Assembly (NCBI GenBank): GCA_017531765.1
Contig: JAFXKJ010000156.1
Span: forward strand, 1-55,792
Source: Clostridia bacterium
Lineage (GTDB): Bacteria > Bacillota > Clostridia > Oscillospirales > CAG-272
Direction: 5' to 3'
Length of the DNA: 55,792 nucleotides
The notes under the pieces: model-generated
The model's database searches: none
Told to the model about the DNA's origin: nothing
The model's input: the letters and a program-made list of their open reading frames with translations, nothing else
Part shown: positions 10,483 to 20,645 of the stretch, in pieces
Layout: the number at the start of each line of letters is the position of its first letter
Numbering within the stretch: the stretch's first letter is position 1
Position numbers and translations under genes: made by a program

Positions 10483-11490
10483 TTATTTTATGATACTTAA
10501 AAAAGCAACTGCACTGAGTATAATTGTAACTACTGTAAATACGGCAACTATCTTGTTTTCACTCCAACCGCATTTCTCGAAATGATGGTGGATTGGCGCC
10601 ATCTTGAAAAGACGCTTTCCGTGAGTTAGCTTAAAATATGTAACCTGAAGCATGACCGATGCGGTTTCGATAATGTATACAAGGCCGCAAATAACAATAA
10701 TTAGGGGATTGTTCATCATGAACGCACCGCCGACCACAAGTCCCCCAAGGAATATGGAGCCAGTGTCACCCATAAACACTCTTGCCGGGTTGAGATTATA
10801 AACAAGGAATCCCGCACATCCGCCCACAGTAAGAACACCGAGACCGAGAAGAGGTCCGTCAGGCTCGGCAAGTCCGCCCGCAAATCCTGCGGCAATAAAG
10901 AAGAGACCTACAACAAGGGTAACAGATGAAGCAAGACCGTCAATACCGTCGGTAAGGTTCACACTGTTGAGCATTCCGCAAATGAGTATGAGAGACACTA
11001 TGTAGTAAAAAACGCCGAGCTCAATGGGTGTGTCTGCAAAGGGTATATAAAGCTTTGTGTTTACTCCGAACACCATGCTCATACCGAAAAGGTAAAGAGC
11101 TGCCGCCAATAACTGAAGGAGGAATTTCTGTGACGCCGTAAGTCCTTCGTTTCTCTTATTTCTCAGCTTTGCCGCGTCGTCGACGCAACCGATAAGACCG
11201 CCCGCAAGTCCCAGACCCAGGGTGAATATCAGGGAAAGCGCCATTTCAGCTCCGTCAAGTACCCAGATAACAGCAGAAACGACCCCTCCGACGATGAGCA
11301 TTGCCGCGATAAATGCAATACCGCCCATTGTGGGAGTTCCTTCCTTACTCTTGTGCCATCTCGGTCCGATGTCAAGGATCTTCTGCCCCATCTTCTTGCT
11401 TTTCAAAATCGGGATCAGTTTTTTAGAAAACAAAACCGTGAGAACGAAAGTCACAATTAAGGCTGATGCCGCCATAATTTTATATGTCAT
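10483..11490 (-). CDS. mraY: Phospho-MurNAc-pentapeptide translocase
   Basis: KEGTPTMGG, NLTDGIDGLA, VFMGDTGS, MAPIHHHFE. Confidence 0.97.
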   Translation of the reverse strand: MTYKIMAASALIVTFVLTVLFSKKLIPILKSKKMGQKILDIGPRWHKSKEGTPTMGGIAFIAAMLIVGGVVSAVIWVLDGAEMALSLIFTLGLGLAGGLIGCVDDAAKLRNKRNEGLTASQKFLLQLLAAALYLFGMSMVFGVNTKLYIPFADTPIELGVFYYIVSLILICGMLNSVNLTDGIDGLASSVTLVVGLFFIAAGFAGGLAEPDGPLLGLGVLTVGGCAGFLVYNLNPARVFMGDTGSIFLGGLVVGGAFMMNNPLIIVICGLVYIIETASVMLQVTYFKLTHGKRLFKMAPIHHHFEKCGWSENKIVAVFTVVTIILSAVAFLSIIK

Positions 11491-11492
11491 AG

Positions 11493-12947
11493 TTATATCC
11501 TTGCCTTTGCTTTATTTATTCTTTTTTTGAGGCATTCGATTACCTTTTCAGCGTGGATGGCACGGCTCGCCTTAACAAGAAGCACATCACCCGCTTCAAG
11601 GGACTGGAATATCATATCCGCCATAGTCTGTGGATCTCTCGTGTCAAGGCAGACGAAAACGTTTTCTGCTCTGATTCCCTTCTTTATAGCCGCTTCAGCA
11701 ACAATATCGCTCATCATACCGTAGCAAAACAGCTTCGATACCTTTGATTGAGCTGCATACTGACCCAGTTGATCGTGCATAAGACGGGAGTAATCACCAA
11801 GCTCAAGCATATCACCAAGAAGTGCGAGTGGACGCTTACCCTGTCTTGAAGAGAAGGATGCGAGCACATCCAGTGCGGCGCGCATGGATTCGGGACTTGC
11901 ATTGTAGCAGTCGTCGATAACCGTCAGATCCCCGATCTCATAAATTCTCTGTCTCATTTCAGCACCGACAAAATTAAGGAGTCCCCGTCTGATCTCTTCG
12001 TCACTCATGCCGAGAAGGGTTCCCACCGCGTATGCCGTAAGGGCATTATAAACGTTATGCTTACCCAAAATCGGGATCTCGATATTGGTGATGGCCTTGT
12101 TGTCATAGATCATATCAAAGGTGATACCGTCAACACCCACTCTGATATTAAGTGCTCTGTAATCTCCGTTTCTGTTGTAGATGCTCATCATTCCGACATT
12201 CTTCGGAATCTCGTCACGCTTTTCAAAAAGAAGCGGTTCGTCTGCATTTATCAGGAGAATTCCGTCATCCTTCAGACCCGAAGCGATCTCAAGCTTCGCC
12301 TTGCAGATGTTTTCTCTCGTTCCGAGAGTTGCAAGGTGTGATGTTCCGATATTTGTAACGATGGCAATATCAGGTTTTACTATTTTTGACATATATTCGA
12401 TCTCGCCGAGATCACTCATGCCAAGCTCGATTACCGAAACCTCATCCTCCTCACTGAGCCCAAGAAGGGTAAGGGGAAGTCCAAGCTCGTTGTTGTAGTT
12501 TCCCTGAGTTTTGTGAGTCTTAAACTTTACACCCGCAACAGAGGCAACAAATTCTTTAGTTGTGGTCTTACCCACGCTTCCGGTGATAGCCACAAAGGTT
12601 GCCCTTGAGAGGTCTCTGTACCATTCGGCAAATCTTCCGAGAGCCGCAATTACGTCATCAACCACAATCACAGCAAAGTCGCCGCAACTTTTTATCGTTT
12701 CGGGAACACTAACTGACATAGCACATACTGCTCCGCGGGAGACAGCATCGGGAATGAAGTCAGCGCCGTCAACTCTCGTACCCCTGATAGCACAGAACAG
12801 TGCACCGTCAACGGCTTCACCCGAAGATGTTGTAACGGATGTTATTTTACTGTCGGTATCAATATTTCCAAAGCACTCAGTCTTGCCTCCGACGATCCCA
12901 GCAAGCTCTTTTATGCTCGGTGTTCTAAGTTTCAGTTCTACACTCAT
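11493..12947 (-). CDS. murF: UDP-MurNAc-tripeptide:D-Ala-D-Ala ligase
   Basis: ITGSVGKTTTKE, NNELGLP, DCYNASPESM, LGDMLELG, VKASR. Confidence 0.95.
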   Translation of the reverse strand: MSVELKLRTPSIKELAGIVGGKTECFGNIDTDSKITSVTTSSGEAVDGALFCAIRGTRVDGADFIPDAVSRGAVCAMSVSVPETIKSCGDFAVIVVDDVIAALGRFAEWYRDLSRATFVAITGSVGKTTTKEFVASVAGVKFKTHKTQGNYNNELGLPLTLLGLSEEDEVSVIELGMSDLGEIEYMSKIVKPDIAIVTNIGTSHLATLGTRENICKAKLEIASGLKDDGILLINADEPLLFEKRDEIPKNVGMMSIYNRNGDYRALNIRVGVDGITFDMIYDNKAITNIEIPILGKHNVYNALTAYAVGTLLGMSDEEIRRGLLNFVGAEMRQRIYEIGDLTVIDDCYNASPESMRAALDVLASFSSRQGKRPLALLGDMLELGDYSRLMHDQLGQYAAQSKVSKLFCYGMMSDIVAEAAIKKGIRAENVFVCLDTRDPQTMADMIFQSLEAGDVLLVKASRAIHAEKVIECLKKRINKAKARI

Positions 12948-12988
12948 TGTGATCCTTCCTTTCTGAAGTCCTGTTAAATTATTGCCGC

Positions 12989-14503
12989 TTAAAACTTATC
13001 TGCGGCGCGTCTTGCAATTTCAATCTCATCAAACGGAAGCATTCCGTTATTGGTAATTTCGTATTTTTCATGTCCCTTACCCGCAAGGACTATTATATCT
13101 CCGTCGGATGCCGTTCTCACTGCATATTCAATGGCACACCGTCTGTCAGATATGACCGCATGGGGCTTTTCTTTGTCTATGCCGAGAAGAATTTCACAGA
13201 TTATCTCATCAGCATCCTCTCCGCGGCTGTTATCCGATGTTACAATCACAAAATCGGCAAGTCTCGATGCCACCGAGCCCATTTCACGGCGTTTTCCTCT
13301 GTCCCTTTCTCCTCCGCAACCGAAAAGAAGTGTGATCTTACGGTTTTTGTTTCTGCATTCCCGTACTGTTCTCAGTAGTCCTTCAAGGGCGGCGGGAGTA
13401 TGTGCATAGTCAACTATCAGTTCAAACTGTTTACCGTCTCTGCCGATGCTTACCCGTTCAAGTCTGCCGTCAACGCCCCTAAGATTCCCGATACCGTCGC
13501 GCACCGCCTCAGCCTCAACTCCCAGCCTCATCGCCGCCGCGGCGGCAAGAAGAGAGTTATATACCGTAAAGTCCCCGATCATTGGACTTTTTATCTTAAA
13601 CACAGCGTTTTTTGAGAAATATACGTATTCAACTCCGTCAAGGCCCAATTTATTTCTGCAAAGCGCGGTAACGTCGGCATTTCCGAAGCCCTGAGATGCA
13701 GGATCCGCACTGACAGCAGTTACGTTCCCAAATTCCTCACTGTTCGCAAGGCGCCTCATGTAACTGTCATCAACATTAACTGTCAGCTTTTCCGCCAGAT
13801 CCGCAAGGTGCTTTTTTGCACCGAAGTAGCTTTCCATGTCCCCGTGATAATCAAGATGCTCTCGGCTGAGATTGGTAAACACAGCCATGTCAAGCCTTAT
13901 GGGATCAAGCTTATTTTGCGCCAGGGCATGGGACGACGCCTCGAAGATCAGAGTGTCGATCCCCTTTTGCTTCATCAGATACACACATCCGTAGAAATAC
14001 TCGGGATCAGGCGTTGTCATGGAGCATACTTTATCCGAGACAGACGACAGCTTATGGTTTCCGATCTCCTCATCATCAGCCATCGCCTTAAGTGTTGTTA
14101 TAATTCCCACGCGTTTTCCTGCGGCACGGAATATCTCGCGAAGAAAAAGCACGGTGGTTGTTTTTCCGTTGGTACCCGTGACCGCCACGGTCTTCATACC
14201 GTCACAGGGGCGCGAGTACCAGTTGTTCCATATATGAGCTTCTGCGAGTCTGGTGTTCGCCGTGATGATCGACGACGTGCCCATCGGAAGCGCCGTCTCA
14301 TCCGAAGCTACAATGACAGCGGCGCCGCGCTTAAGCGCTTCACCTACAAATCTGTGACCGTCAGTCTTGCTTCCTTTGATGCAAATAAACATTCCGCCCC
14401 GCAGAACGCATCTTGAATCCGATGTTATATGTGAAACGTCAATATCATCCCCGACATTCCACTTTACCACATCAACACCGCGAAAAAGCTCTGATAACCT
14501 CAT
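12989..14503 (-). CDS. murE: UDP-MurNAc-dipeptide:meso-DAP ligase
   Basis: VTGTNGKTTT, TTPD, EASSH, DYAHTP, GCGGERD, DNSR (DNPR-like), AGKGHE. Confidence 0.93.
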   Translation of the reverse strand: MRLSELFRGVDVVKWNVGDDIDVSHITSDSRCVLRGGMFICIKGSKTDGHRFVGEALKRGAAVIVASDETALPMGTSSIITANTRLAEAHIWNNWYSRPCDGMKTVAVTGTNGKTTTVLFLREIFRAAGKRVGIITTLKAMADDEEIGNHKLSSVSDKVCSMTTPDPEYFYGCVYLMKQKGIDTLIFEASSHALAQNKLDPIRLDMAVFTNLSREHLDYHGDMESYFGAKKHLADLAEKLTVNVDDSYMRRLANSEEFGNVTAVSADPASQGFGNADVTALCRNKLGLDGVEYVYFSKNAVFKIKSPMIGDFTVYNSLLAAAAAMRLGVEAEAVRDGIGNLRGVDGRLERVSIGRDGKQFELIVDYAHTPAALEGLLRTVRECRNKNRKITLLFGCGGERDRGKRREMGSVASRLADFVIVTSDNSRGEDADEIICEILLGIDKEKPHAVISDRRCAIEYAVRTASDGDIIVLAGKGHEKYEITNNGMLPFDEIEIARRAADKF

Positions 14504-14558
14504 ATACCCTCCAAAAGTTAAATTTTTACTTTTTTAACTTCCGGGATATTTTGCGTCT

Positions 14559-16901
14559 TTAGTCTGTTACGTCCATATGTCTAAGCTCAAACTGAACGAT
14601 GGTTCCCACTTCAACCTCAGTACCCGCCTCGGGATACTGGCTGATTACAGTCGCCGACGAGCCGTTTGTAGCTCCCGTGATCTTCATATTCAGTTCCGCA
14701 CCGATAAGCACCTTATTTGCGGCATCAGCCGTCAAATTAAGAATATCGGGGACTACGGTTGTCTCTCTGGGTGAAGTTTCGCCGCAGTAAATGATAACCT
14801 TTCCGTTCTCTGCTCTCATTGTGCTTCCCGCAACGGGGAACTGAGATGTGATAATGTCGCCGTCACCGATGATCTCGCACTCAAGTCCCCTGAGGGCAAG
14901 GTCATCCTTTGCGGCACTTGGCGAGCCGCCGACGTAATCCGAAATAAGGACGTCGAGAGTGGCAAGATCCTCTTCGGTGTACTGCTGTTCAACACCGAGA
15001 TAAGGAAGAATAGTAGCAAGAAGGTTGGAAATATAAGGAGCAGCAACCACGCTTCCGTAAACTGCACCCTTCATAGGCTCATCTACGATTATGATAGCTG
15101 CGATCTGCGGGTCATCCATAGGTGCATACGCCGCGCAGGAGCCGACTCTGAAGGATTTAACACCGTTCTCGTCGTATTTATCTCGCTTCTCAGACGTTCC
15201 TGTCTTTGCCGCAACCTTGTAACCCTTAACGTAGGCATTTTTCGCACCGCCGTCGCCTGATACACCGTCTTCAAGGACGATAGTTATTTCTTCACAAACA
15301 TCACTGCTTATGACCTGACGCTTAACGTTTGTTTCATATGTTTTGACAACATTACCGTCGTCATCGACGATCTCCTTCAGAACGTGAGGAGTGAGGGCAT
15401 ATCCCCCGTTGGCGATGGTAGCTATAGCGGTAAGCTGCTGAATGGGCGTTGTCTTAAATGTCTGGCCGAAGGAATATACCGCAAGGCTTACGTTACCGAA
15501 ATTTGAACGGGATGCGGTGATACCCTTGGCTTCACCGGGAAGGTCAATTCCCGTAGTTGAAGTATATCCGAGAGCTTCAAAGTAATTGAAAAAACGTTCG
15601 GTACCGATCTTCTCCGCAACCTGCATCAAAGCGGGGTTACAGGACTGCTGAAGTCCGTATCTGTATTTCAGCCATCCGTGACCGGCTGTGTAGTGACAGT
15701 TAATAGGGTCGCTCCAGCCTTCAACGAAGTATTCTCCGCCGCAGTAAAACTCGTCGTCAAAGGTTATGAGCTTTTCTTCAAGAGCCATAGCCGTCGTCAT
15801 GATCTTGAAGGTAGAGCCGGGCTCGTAAAGCTCGGTTATGGCTTTATTCTTCCACATCGTAAAGAGAAGCTCGCCGAAGGCATCGTCATACTCGTCAGTT
15901 CCCTCTTCATACTGTGAAAGCTTAGTCTGCGAATCCTCATCAAGGGTATAGGGAGAGTTCAAATCAAAGGCGGGGTACGTTGCCATTCCGAGAATACCGC
16001 CGGTCTTAACGTCCATTACAATTCCCGTAACGCGGTTTCCCGCACCCGAATCGTAATAGGTCATCTCAAGCTGATTTTCAAGGGCACTCTGAATGTACTT
16101 ATCGATGGTAGTTACGATGTTGTAACCGTTCTCCTCGGAAATGTAGGTCTCATACTCAAAGGGCATATCGTTATTCTTTGCATCATGAGCCTGAACGTAC
16201 TTTCCGCTTTTGCCTTCCAGAATGTTATTGTAGAATGCCTCGATGCCGTCGCGTCCCACACCCTCGGAGTTTGTAAATCCTATAACGTGGGAAGCAAGAC
16301 TTCCGTAAGGGTAATATCTTTTGGAGGATTCTCTGTCGTACACCTGATCTTCAAAATTATTTTTAGAGATAAACTCGCGCACCTTCACGTCAACTGTTTC
16401 GTCAACATTGTTTTTGATCACCTCATACTGTCTGTCGGTCTTAGTCATCTTCTCACGGATCAGAGAATAGTCAACGTCCAAAGTATACGAAAGGAACTTG
16501 GCAATAAACTCATCCGCCTCGGTGCCGTAATACGAAGCCTTGCCGTCCTCGGAGGTCCACTCATATTTTATGTCGTTGTCCTTATCGCCGTCTGAGTTAT
16601 TTTTCTCTATCTCTTTATTTTTTTCAGATATATGCTTGGGAGAGATTATCACATTATAAACCGATTTATTTGTGGCAAGCACAACTCCGTTTCTGTCGGT
16701 TATATCTCCTCGCTCGGGATTGACGTTGACCTCGGTCGTTAGCTGATTAAGAACCTGAGACTGGTAGTAGGCATAATCCTTAAGCTGATACTTGGCAAGA
16801 CGTCCAATGATCAGAAGAGCCATGCCAATGAAAAAGCAGAAAGCTATCGCAAGTCTCAGATAGGTTTTTCTGTCTGTTCTGTTTCTGACTGTTTTATTCA
16901 C
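14559..16901 (-). CDS. Class B penicillin-binding protein (SpoVD/FtsI-like) with two PASTA domains; probable GTG start at 16901
   Basis: ERGDITDRNG, EPGSTFK (SxxK), SCN, KTGT motifs; C-terminal PASTA repeats. Confidence 0.92.
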   Translation of the reverse strand: MNKTVRNRTDRKTYLRLAIAFCFFIGMALLIIGRLAKYQLKDYAYYQSQVLNQLTTEVNVNPERGDITDRNGVVLATNKSVYNVIISPKHISEKNKEIEKNNSDGDKDNDIKYEWTSEDGKASYYGTEADEFIAKFLSYTLDVDYSLIREKMTKTDRQYEVIKNNVDETVDVKVREFISKNNFEDQVYDRESSKRYYPYGSLASHVIGFTNSEGVGRDGIEAFYNNILEGKSGKYVQAHDAKNNDMPFEYETYISEENGYNIVTTIDKYIQSALENQLEMTYYDSGAGNRVTGIVMDVKTGGILGMATYPAFDLNSPYTLDEDSQTKLSQYEEGTDEYDDAFGELLFTMWKNKAITELYEPGSTFKIMTTAMALEEKLITFDDEFYCGGEYFVEGWSDPINCHYTAGHGWLKYRYGLQQSCNPALMQVAEKIGTERFFNYFEALGYTSTTGIDLPGEAKGITASRSNFGNVSLAVYSFGQTFKTTPIQQLTAIATIANGGYALTPHVLKEIVDDDGNVVKTYETNVKRQVISSDVCEEITIVLEDGVSGDGGAKNAYVKGYKVAAKTGTSEKRDKYDENGVKSFRVGSCAAYAPMDDPQIAAIIIVDEPMKGAVYGSVVAAPYISNLLATILPYLGVEQQYTEEDLATLDVLISDYVGGSPSAAKDDLALRGLECEIIGDGDIITSQFPVAGSTMRAENGKVIIYCGETSPRETTVVPDILNLTADAANKVLIGAELNMKITGATNGSSATVISQYPEAGTEVEVGTIVQFELRHMDVTD

Positions 16902-17018
16902 AATTATCTCCCACAATCATCAAAACCGTATATCAATTATTACTACGGCAAATCGTAATATATTCCATAAAATCAAAGCGCACCCACACAGTGCGCCGAT
17001 TTTTACGAGTGCCATGGC

Positions 17019-17094
17019 ACTGTAAGTCTTATTTAATACTGTAAGTCTTATTTAATACTGTAAGTCTTATTTAATACTGTAAGTCTTATTTAAT
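17019..17094. repeat. Perfect tandem repeat, 4 x 19 bp
   Basis: (ACTGTAAGTCTTATTTAAT)x4; the last unit contains the ftsL-like stop codon. Confidence 0.95.
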
Positions 17095-17877
17095 ATAGTC
17101 AAGCAGATCGTCAAACATTGAAGCCGCTGAGGACATCATGCCGTTCATAAAGCCAACGTTTTCTTCTTCCGTTTCCGCATTGTTGTCAAGGACTACTCTG
17201 TCACCCTCGGAAAGAGAAATATACTTCTTCTGAACCGAGCCTTCCTTTACCATATTGTATTCCTCGGTTGCGATCTTCTCTATCATAGTGAGGTCGTTCT
17301 TTTCCTCAAGCTGAAGCTTAAGCTTGTCCGCCTTTTCCTCAGCTTCGCTGATCTGCGACTTGATCTCCGAAAGCTCTCTGTTGGACTCGGATACTTGCGC
17401 AAAGCTGTATACCATTGCCATAAGGAGAGTGAAAACGATCGCTACGCAAATGATGAACTGCCAAGGCATCTTCTGACGGGGAACCTTGATCTCGCGTCTC
17501 AGTGCCGCCTCAGACTCAAGACGAGCCTTTTCACGAAGCTTAGCCTTCTCGGATCTTACTGACTGCTGTTCCTTGCGCTTCATTTCCGACTCGTACGCCT
17601 TGGTACGGGAAATGTCTCGCTCAGCTTGTCTGATGCGCGCATCTCTGAGGCGTGCCGATTCAGCTTCCTCTCTTCTTCTGCGGCGCATTTCAGCCTCACG
17701 GACCCACAGCATCTCTTCTCTGCTGAGTCCCTTTGCCTTCTTTCTTTCGGGAGCCTGCGCACTTCTTGCAGGACGGTAACTGTTTCTTGATATTTCTCTG
17801 TTTATATGAGTTCTGCCGTTTGCGTAAATGTTTCTTCCGTAAGCCGACGCATTGGGTCTTGCCGCCTGGTAAGTCAT
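17086..17877 (-). CDS. ftsL: FtsL-like septum initiator with long charged N-terminus
   Basis: Single TM, then coiled coil and IEKIATEEYNMV; position between rsmH and the PBP; GAAAGGGGG SD before ATG 17877. Confidence 0.7.
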   Translation of the reverse strand: MTYQAARPNASAYGRNIYANGRTHINREISRNSYRPARSAQAPERKKAKGLSREEMLWVREAEMRRRRREEAESARLRDARIRQAERDISRTKAYESEMKRKEQQSVRSEKAKLREKARLESEAALRREIKVPRQKMPWQFIICVAIVFTLLMAMVYSFAQVSESNRELSEIKSQISEAEEKADKLKLQLEEKNDLTMIEKIATEEYNMVKEGSVQKKYISLSEGDRVVLDNNAETEEENVGFMNGMMSSAASMFDDLLDYIK

Positions 17878-17911
17878 GCTAACTCCCCCTTTCATGGATT
17901 TTTCTGACTGA

Positions 17912-18850
17912 TTACAGCTTTTCGCAAATTCTGAGCTTTGCGCTTCTTGCTCTGGGATTACTTTCTATTTCCTCATGGGAGGGAATGATGGGTTTCTTTG
18001 TTAAAAGCTTCACCTTCGGTTTGTTCCCGCACACGCATATGGGAAACTCGGGCGGACACGTACAACCTTCAGCGAGGCTTGTCATCGTCTGCTTTACGAG
18101 CCTGTCTTCCAAGGAGTGGAAGGTGATGAGTGCAGCTCTGCCTCCCGCGTTCAGACGTCTTACCGCCTCCTCAACGGAAGGGCGGATCACATCCAGCTCT
18201 GAGTTAATGAACACGCGCAGAGCCTGAAAGCTGCGTTTGGCAGGATGTTGGGATTCTTTGCATCTCGCCGCCGCGGGCATTGCATCCTTGATGATATCCG
18301 CAAGCTGAAGCGTTGTTTCTATGGGCGCTGTTTCTCTTTTCTTTACGATCGCCGCGGCGATCTTTGCGGCAAACTTTTCTTCCCCGTAGGTTGAAATGAT
18401 CCTTCTCAGCTCACTCTCCGAGTAGTTATTAACTACGAACGCCGCATCAAGGGAGGACGTTCTGTCCATTCTCATGTCCAACGGCGCGTCGTTCATATAG
18501 GAAAATCCTCTTTCAGGCGTATCAAGCTGGTAGGAGGAAACTCCCAGGTCCCACATAACGCCGTCGATCTTCTCAATACCGAGGCTGTCAAGGGCAGCGC
18601 CTATGGAGGAAAATTCACATTTCACAAGGGTGACTTTATCCATGAAGTCCGCAAGCCTAATTCTGCAAGCGGCAAGAGCATCGTCATCGCGGTCAAGGCA
18701 AATAAGTCTTGAGCCCTCGGGAAGTCGGGATGCGATACCGAAGGAGTGTCCGCCGCCGCCTGCTGTACAGTCGACGTAAACTCCACCTCTCTCGGGAGCG
18801 AGAGCAGTCATACATTCGTCAAAGAGGATGGATACGTGCTTAAATTCCAT
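17912..18850 (-). CDS. rsmH: 16S rRNA m4C1402 methyltransferase
   Basis: VDCTAGGGGHS, DLGVSSYQLD, PLDMRMD, FHSLEDR, NPRARSAKLR. Confidence 0.97.
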   Translation of the reverse strand: MEFKHVSILFDECMTALAPERGGVYVDCTAGGGGHSFGIASRLPEGSRLICLDRDDDALAACRIRLADFMDKVTLVKCEFSSIGAALDSLGIEKIDGVMWDLGVSSYQLDTPERGFSYMNDAPLDMRMDRTSSLDAAFVVNNYSESELRRIISTYGEEKFAAKIAAAIVKKRETAPIETTLQLADIIKDAMPAAARCKESQHPAKRSFQALRVFINSELDVIRPSVEEAVRRLNAGGRAALITFHSLEDRLVKQTMTSLAEGCTCPPEFPICVCGNKPKVKLLTKKPIIPSHEEIESNPRARSAKLRICEKL

Positions 18851-18864
18851 TGTCGCACCTCGCA

Positions 18865-19284
18865 TCAGAGACCCAGACGGGCAAGAGTCTCTGCGTAATT
18901 CTCAGGCTCTTCTCCCATTTTCTGCTCGATCCATCTTTCCTCAGCCCAGATCTCAGCGTACTTACCGCATCCGACGGTAATAACATTCTTTGTGATACCT
19001 GCAAAATCGATCATTGCCTGAGGAAGAAGAACTCTTCCCTGAGAGTCGGGTTGTACTTCGATGGCGTTGGAATATATATATCTTGCAACAGCTTTTGCCT
19101 CACTCTTTGTGAGCTCGTTAAACTTTGCTGTGTAGTTCTTCCATTCCTCTTCGGAATAAACACACAGACATTTCTCCGAATCCTTGATGATGGTAATGTT
19201 GCCTCCAAGCTGTTCCTTGAGCTTAGCAGGAATGATCAGCCTGTTTTTGGCGTCTATTGAATGCTGATGTTTGCCTGTCAACAC
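18865..19284 (-). CDS. mraZ: MraZ transcriptional regulator
   Basis: HSIDAKNRLIIP and DSQGRVLLP (two DxxxR motifs), EIW; first gene of the dcw cluster. Confidence 0.95.
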   Translation of the reverse strand: MLTGKHQHSIDAKNRLIIPAKLKEQLGGNITIIKDSEKCLCVYSEEEWKNYTAKFNELTKSEAKAVARYIYSNAIEVQPDSQGRVLLPQAMIDFAGITKNVITVGCGKYAEIWAEERWIEQKMGEEPENYAETLARLGL

Positions 19285-19316
19285 GGCTGTTTCCCTCCCT
19301 TTCGCTCATTTTCGTG

Positions 19317-19368
19317 ACACTTTCCACCACTTCTCTATAATTATATACCACAACGGCGTAAATTTCAA
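19317..19368 (-). promoter_or_regulatory. dcw promoter with probable MraZ boxes
   Basis: TTGAAA(19368-63)-17bp-TATAAT(19345-40), followed by GTGGTGGAAAGTG. Confidence 0.6.
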
Positions 19369-19666
19369 TAGTCTCATGCAAATATTTTTAGGTTTTTTTC
19401 GCATTTTTTATCATATTTTTCCTTATTCCGCCACCGTCTACAAAATTCTCCCCCACCATCCCTTAAAATTTCCTGTTTTTTCCTTTATTTCCACAAACCG
19501 AGCCGATTACAAATTGCCTGACGGCGTACTCAATACCTCCTTATTTTCCACCTCGCGGGTGTATTTTTCTCCATTAGTTTTTCCACAACAAAGCTTTATT
19601 TTGCTTTATTTTATCTATGTCAACCGATACTGACACGTGACATCATTAACCAATGCGCAGAGAAGA

Positions 19667-19717
19667 AAAAAAGTACCTCGGGAAAAGCCGTCATCAGACT
19701 TTTCCCGAGGTACTTTT
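19667..19717 (-). terminator. Long-stem intrinsic terminator
   Basis: AAAAGTACCTCGGGAAAAG-loop-CTTTTCCCGAGGTACTTTT. Confidence 0.85.
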
Positions 19718-19724
19718 CGGTTTA

Positions 19725-20510
19725 TCACAATATTTTTTTAATTCGCTCCGTCTCTTTGCGGAAAAATTCCGCGTAGCTGTCAAAATTTTCGTTTTCCATC
19801 ACTTCGATAAGAGACATTGCACGATCTATCTCACGTATTGCGCGGGAGTTTTCCCCAACGAATTCGTAATACTCCGCAGTTTTGAAGATCATCTGAACAA
19901 GATTCTCAAAGGAGATCCACTTTTGCTTCTCTGCGGCATCAAACATAGGCTTTCCCTCGAGCAGATACGCCACTTCAGTTAGTTTTGTGAAGTAAATTTC
20001 GGGAATCTGCTCCACCGCGGCTTGGGCGCTCACCAAATCACCCTTGGCTTTATAAGCGTAAGCGAGGAATCTGAGGGCATCGTATTTCACGTCGGGCATT
20101 ACGGTTTTTGTGGCAAGCTTCGACGCCAATGCTATGGTCTCGTCGGGATTTTCGCTGTAGTTTATGACGTAGAGAAGATTGTTTAAGAGAATATCGCTTG
20201 AGGGGTATTTTGCAAGTCCCTCTTCAAGAATACGCCTCCCACGGGCAGGGTCGCTTTCCCTGTATTTATACGCTTCACTGCAGATCTTCTCGATCTCCGA
20301 ATCCGCCTCTCGCAAATTGAAGTCAAACAGCTCGTCAAGGGTTACTCCGAAATACGCCGCAAGTGACGGTGCTATGGTAATGTCGGGCAGACTTATCCCA
20401 CATTCCCATTTACTCACTGCCTGGAAGGTCACACCTATGCTGTCGGCAAGCTGTTCCTGGGTTACGCCCCGTCCATGTCTGAGTTCTTTAATTTTATTTC
20501 CGATATTCAT
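19725..20510 (-). CDS. XRE-family HTH regulator with TPR-like C-terminus (start moved to MNIGNK)
   Basis: IGNKIKELR..TQEQLA..VTFQAVSKWECGISLPDI. Confidence 0.85.
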   Translation of the reverse strand: MNIGNKIKELRHGRGVTQEQLADSIGVTFQAVSKWECGISLPDITIAPSLAAYFGVTLDELFDFNLREADSEIEKICSEAYKYRESDPARGRRILEEGLAKYPSSDILLNNLLYVINYSENPDETIALASKLATKTVMPDVKYDALRFLAYAYKAKGDLVSAQAAVEQIPEIYFTKLTEVAYLLEGKPMFDAAEKQKWISFENLVQMIFKTAEYYEFVGENSRAIREIDRAMSLIEVMENENFDSYAEFFRKETERIKKIL

Positions 20511-20620
20511 ATTTTTGATCATGCCTTTCACCATCATGTTATCGTAAGGCGGCGCCTGCCTTCCGATTTGATTATAGCACAGGAGGCATAGTGGGTCAAT
20601 AAACGGCTGAGTTACGTTTT

Positions 20621-20637
20621 TTCAACCGCGGGTTGAA
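20621..20637. promoter_or_regulatory. Palindromic operator, XRE box copy 2
   Basis: TTCAACC-GCG-GGTTGAA, 21 bp upstream of minus-strand TTGACC(20599-94)-17-TATAAT(20576-71). Confidence 0.65.
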
Positions 20638-20645
20638 TGGCGGGA

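Noticed and set aside
17019-17094. Repeat considered as CRISPR or iteron array
   Set aside because: No spacers, and no cas or rep gene; the unit derives from the ftsL 3' end
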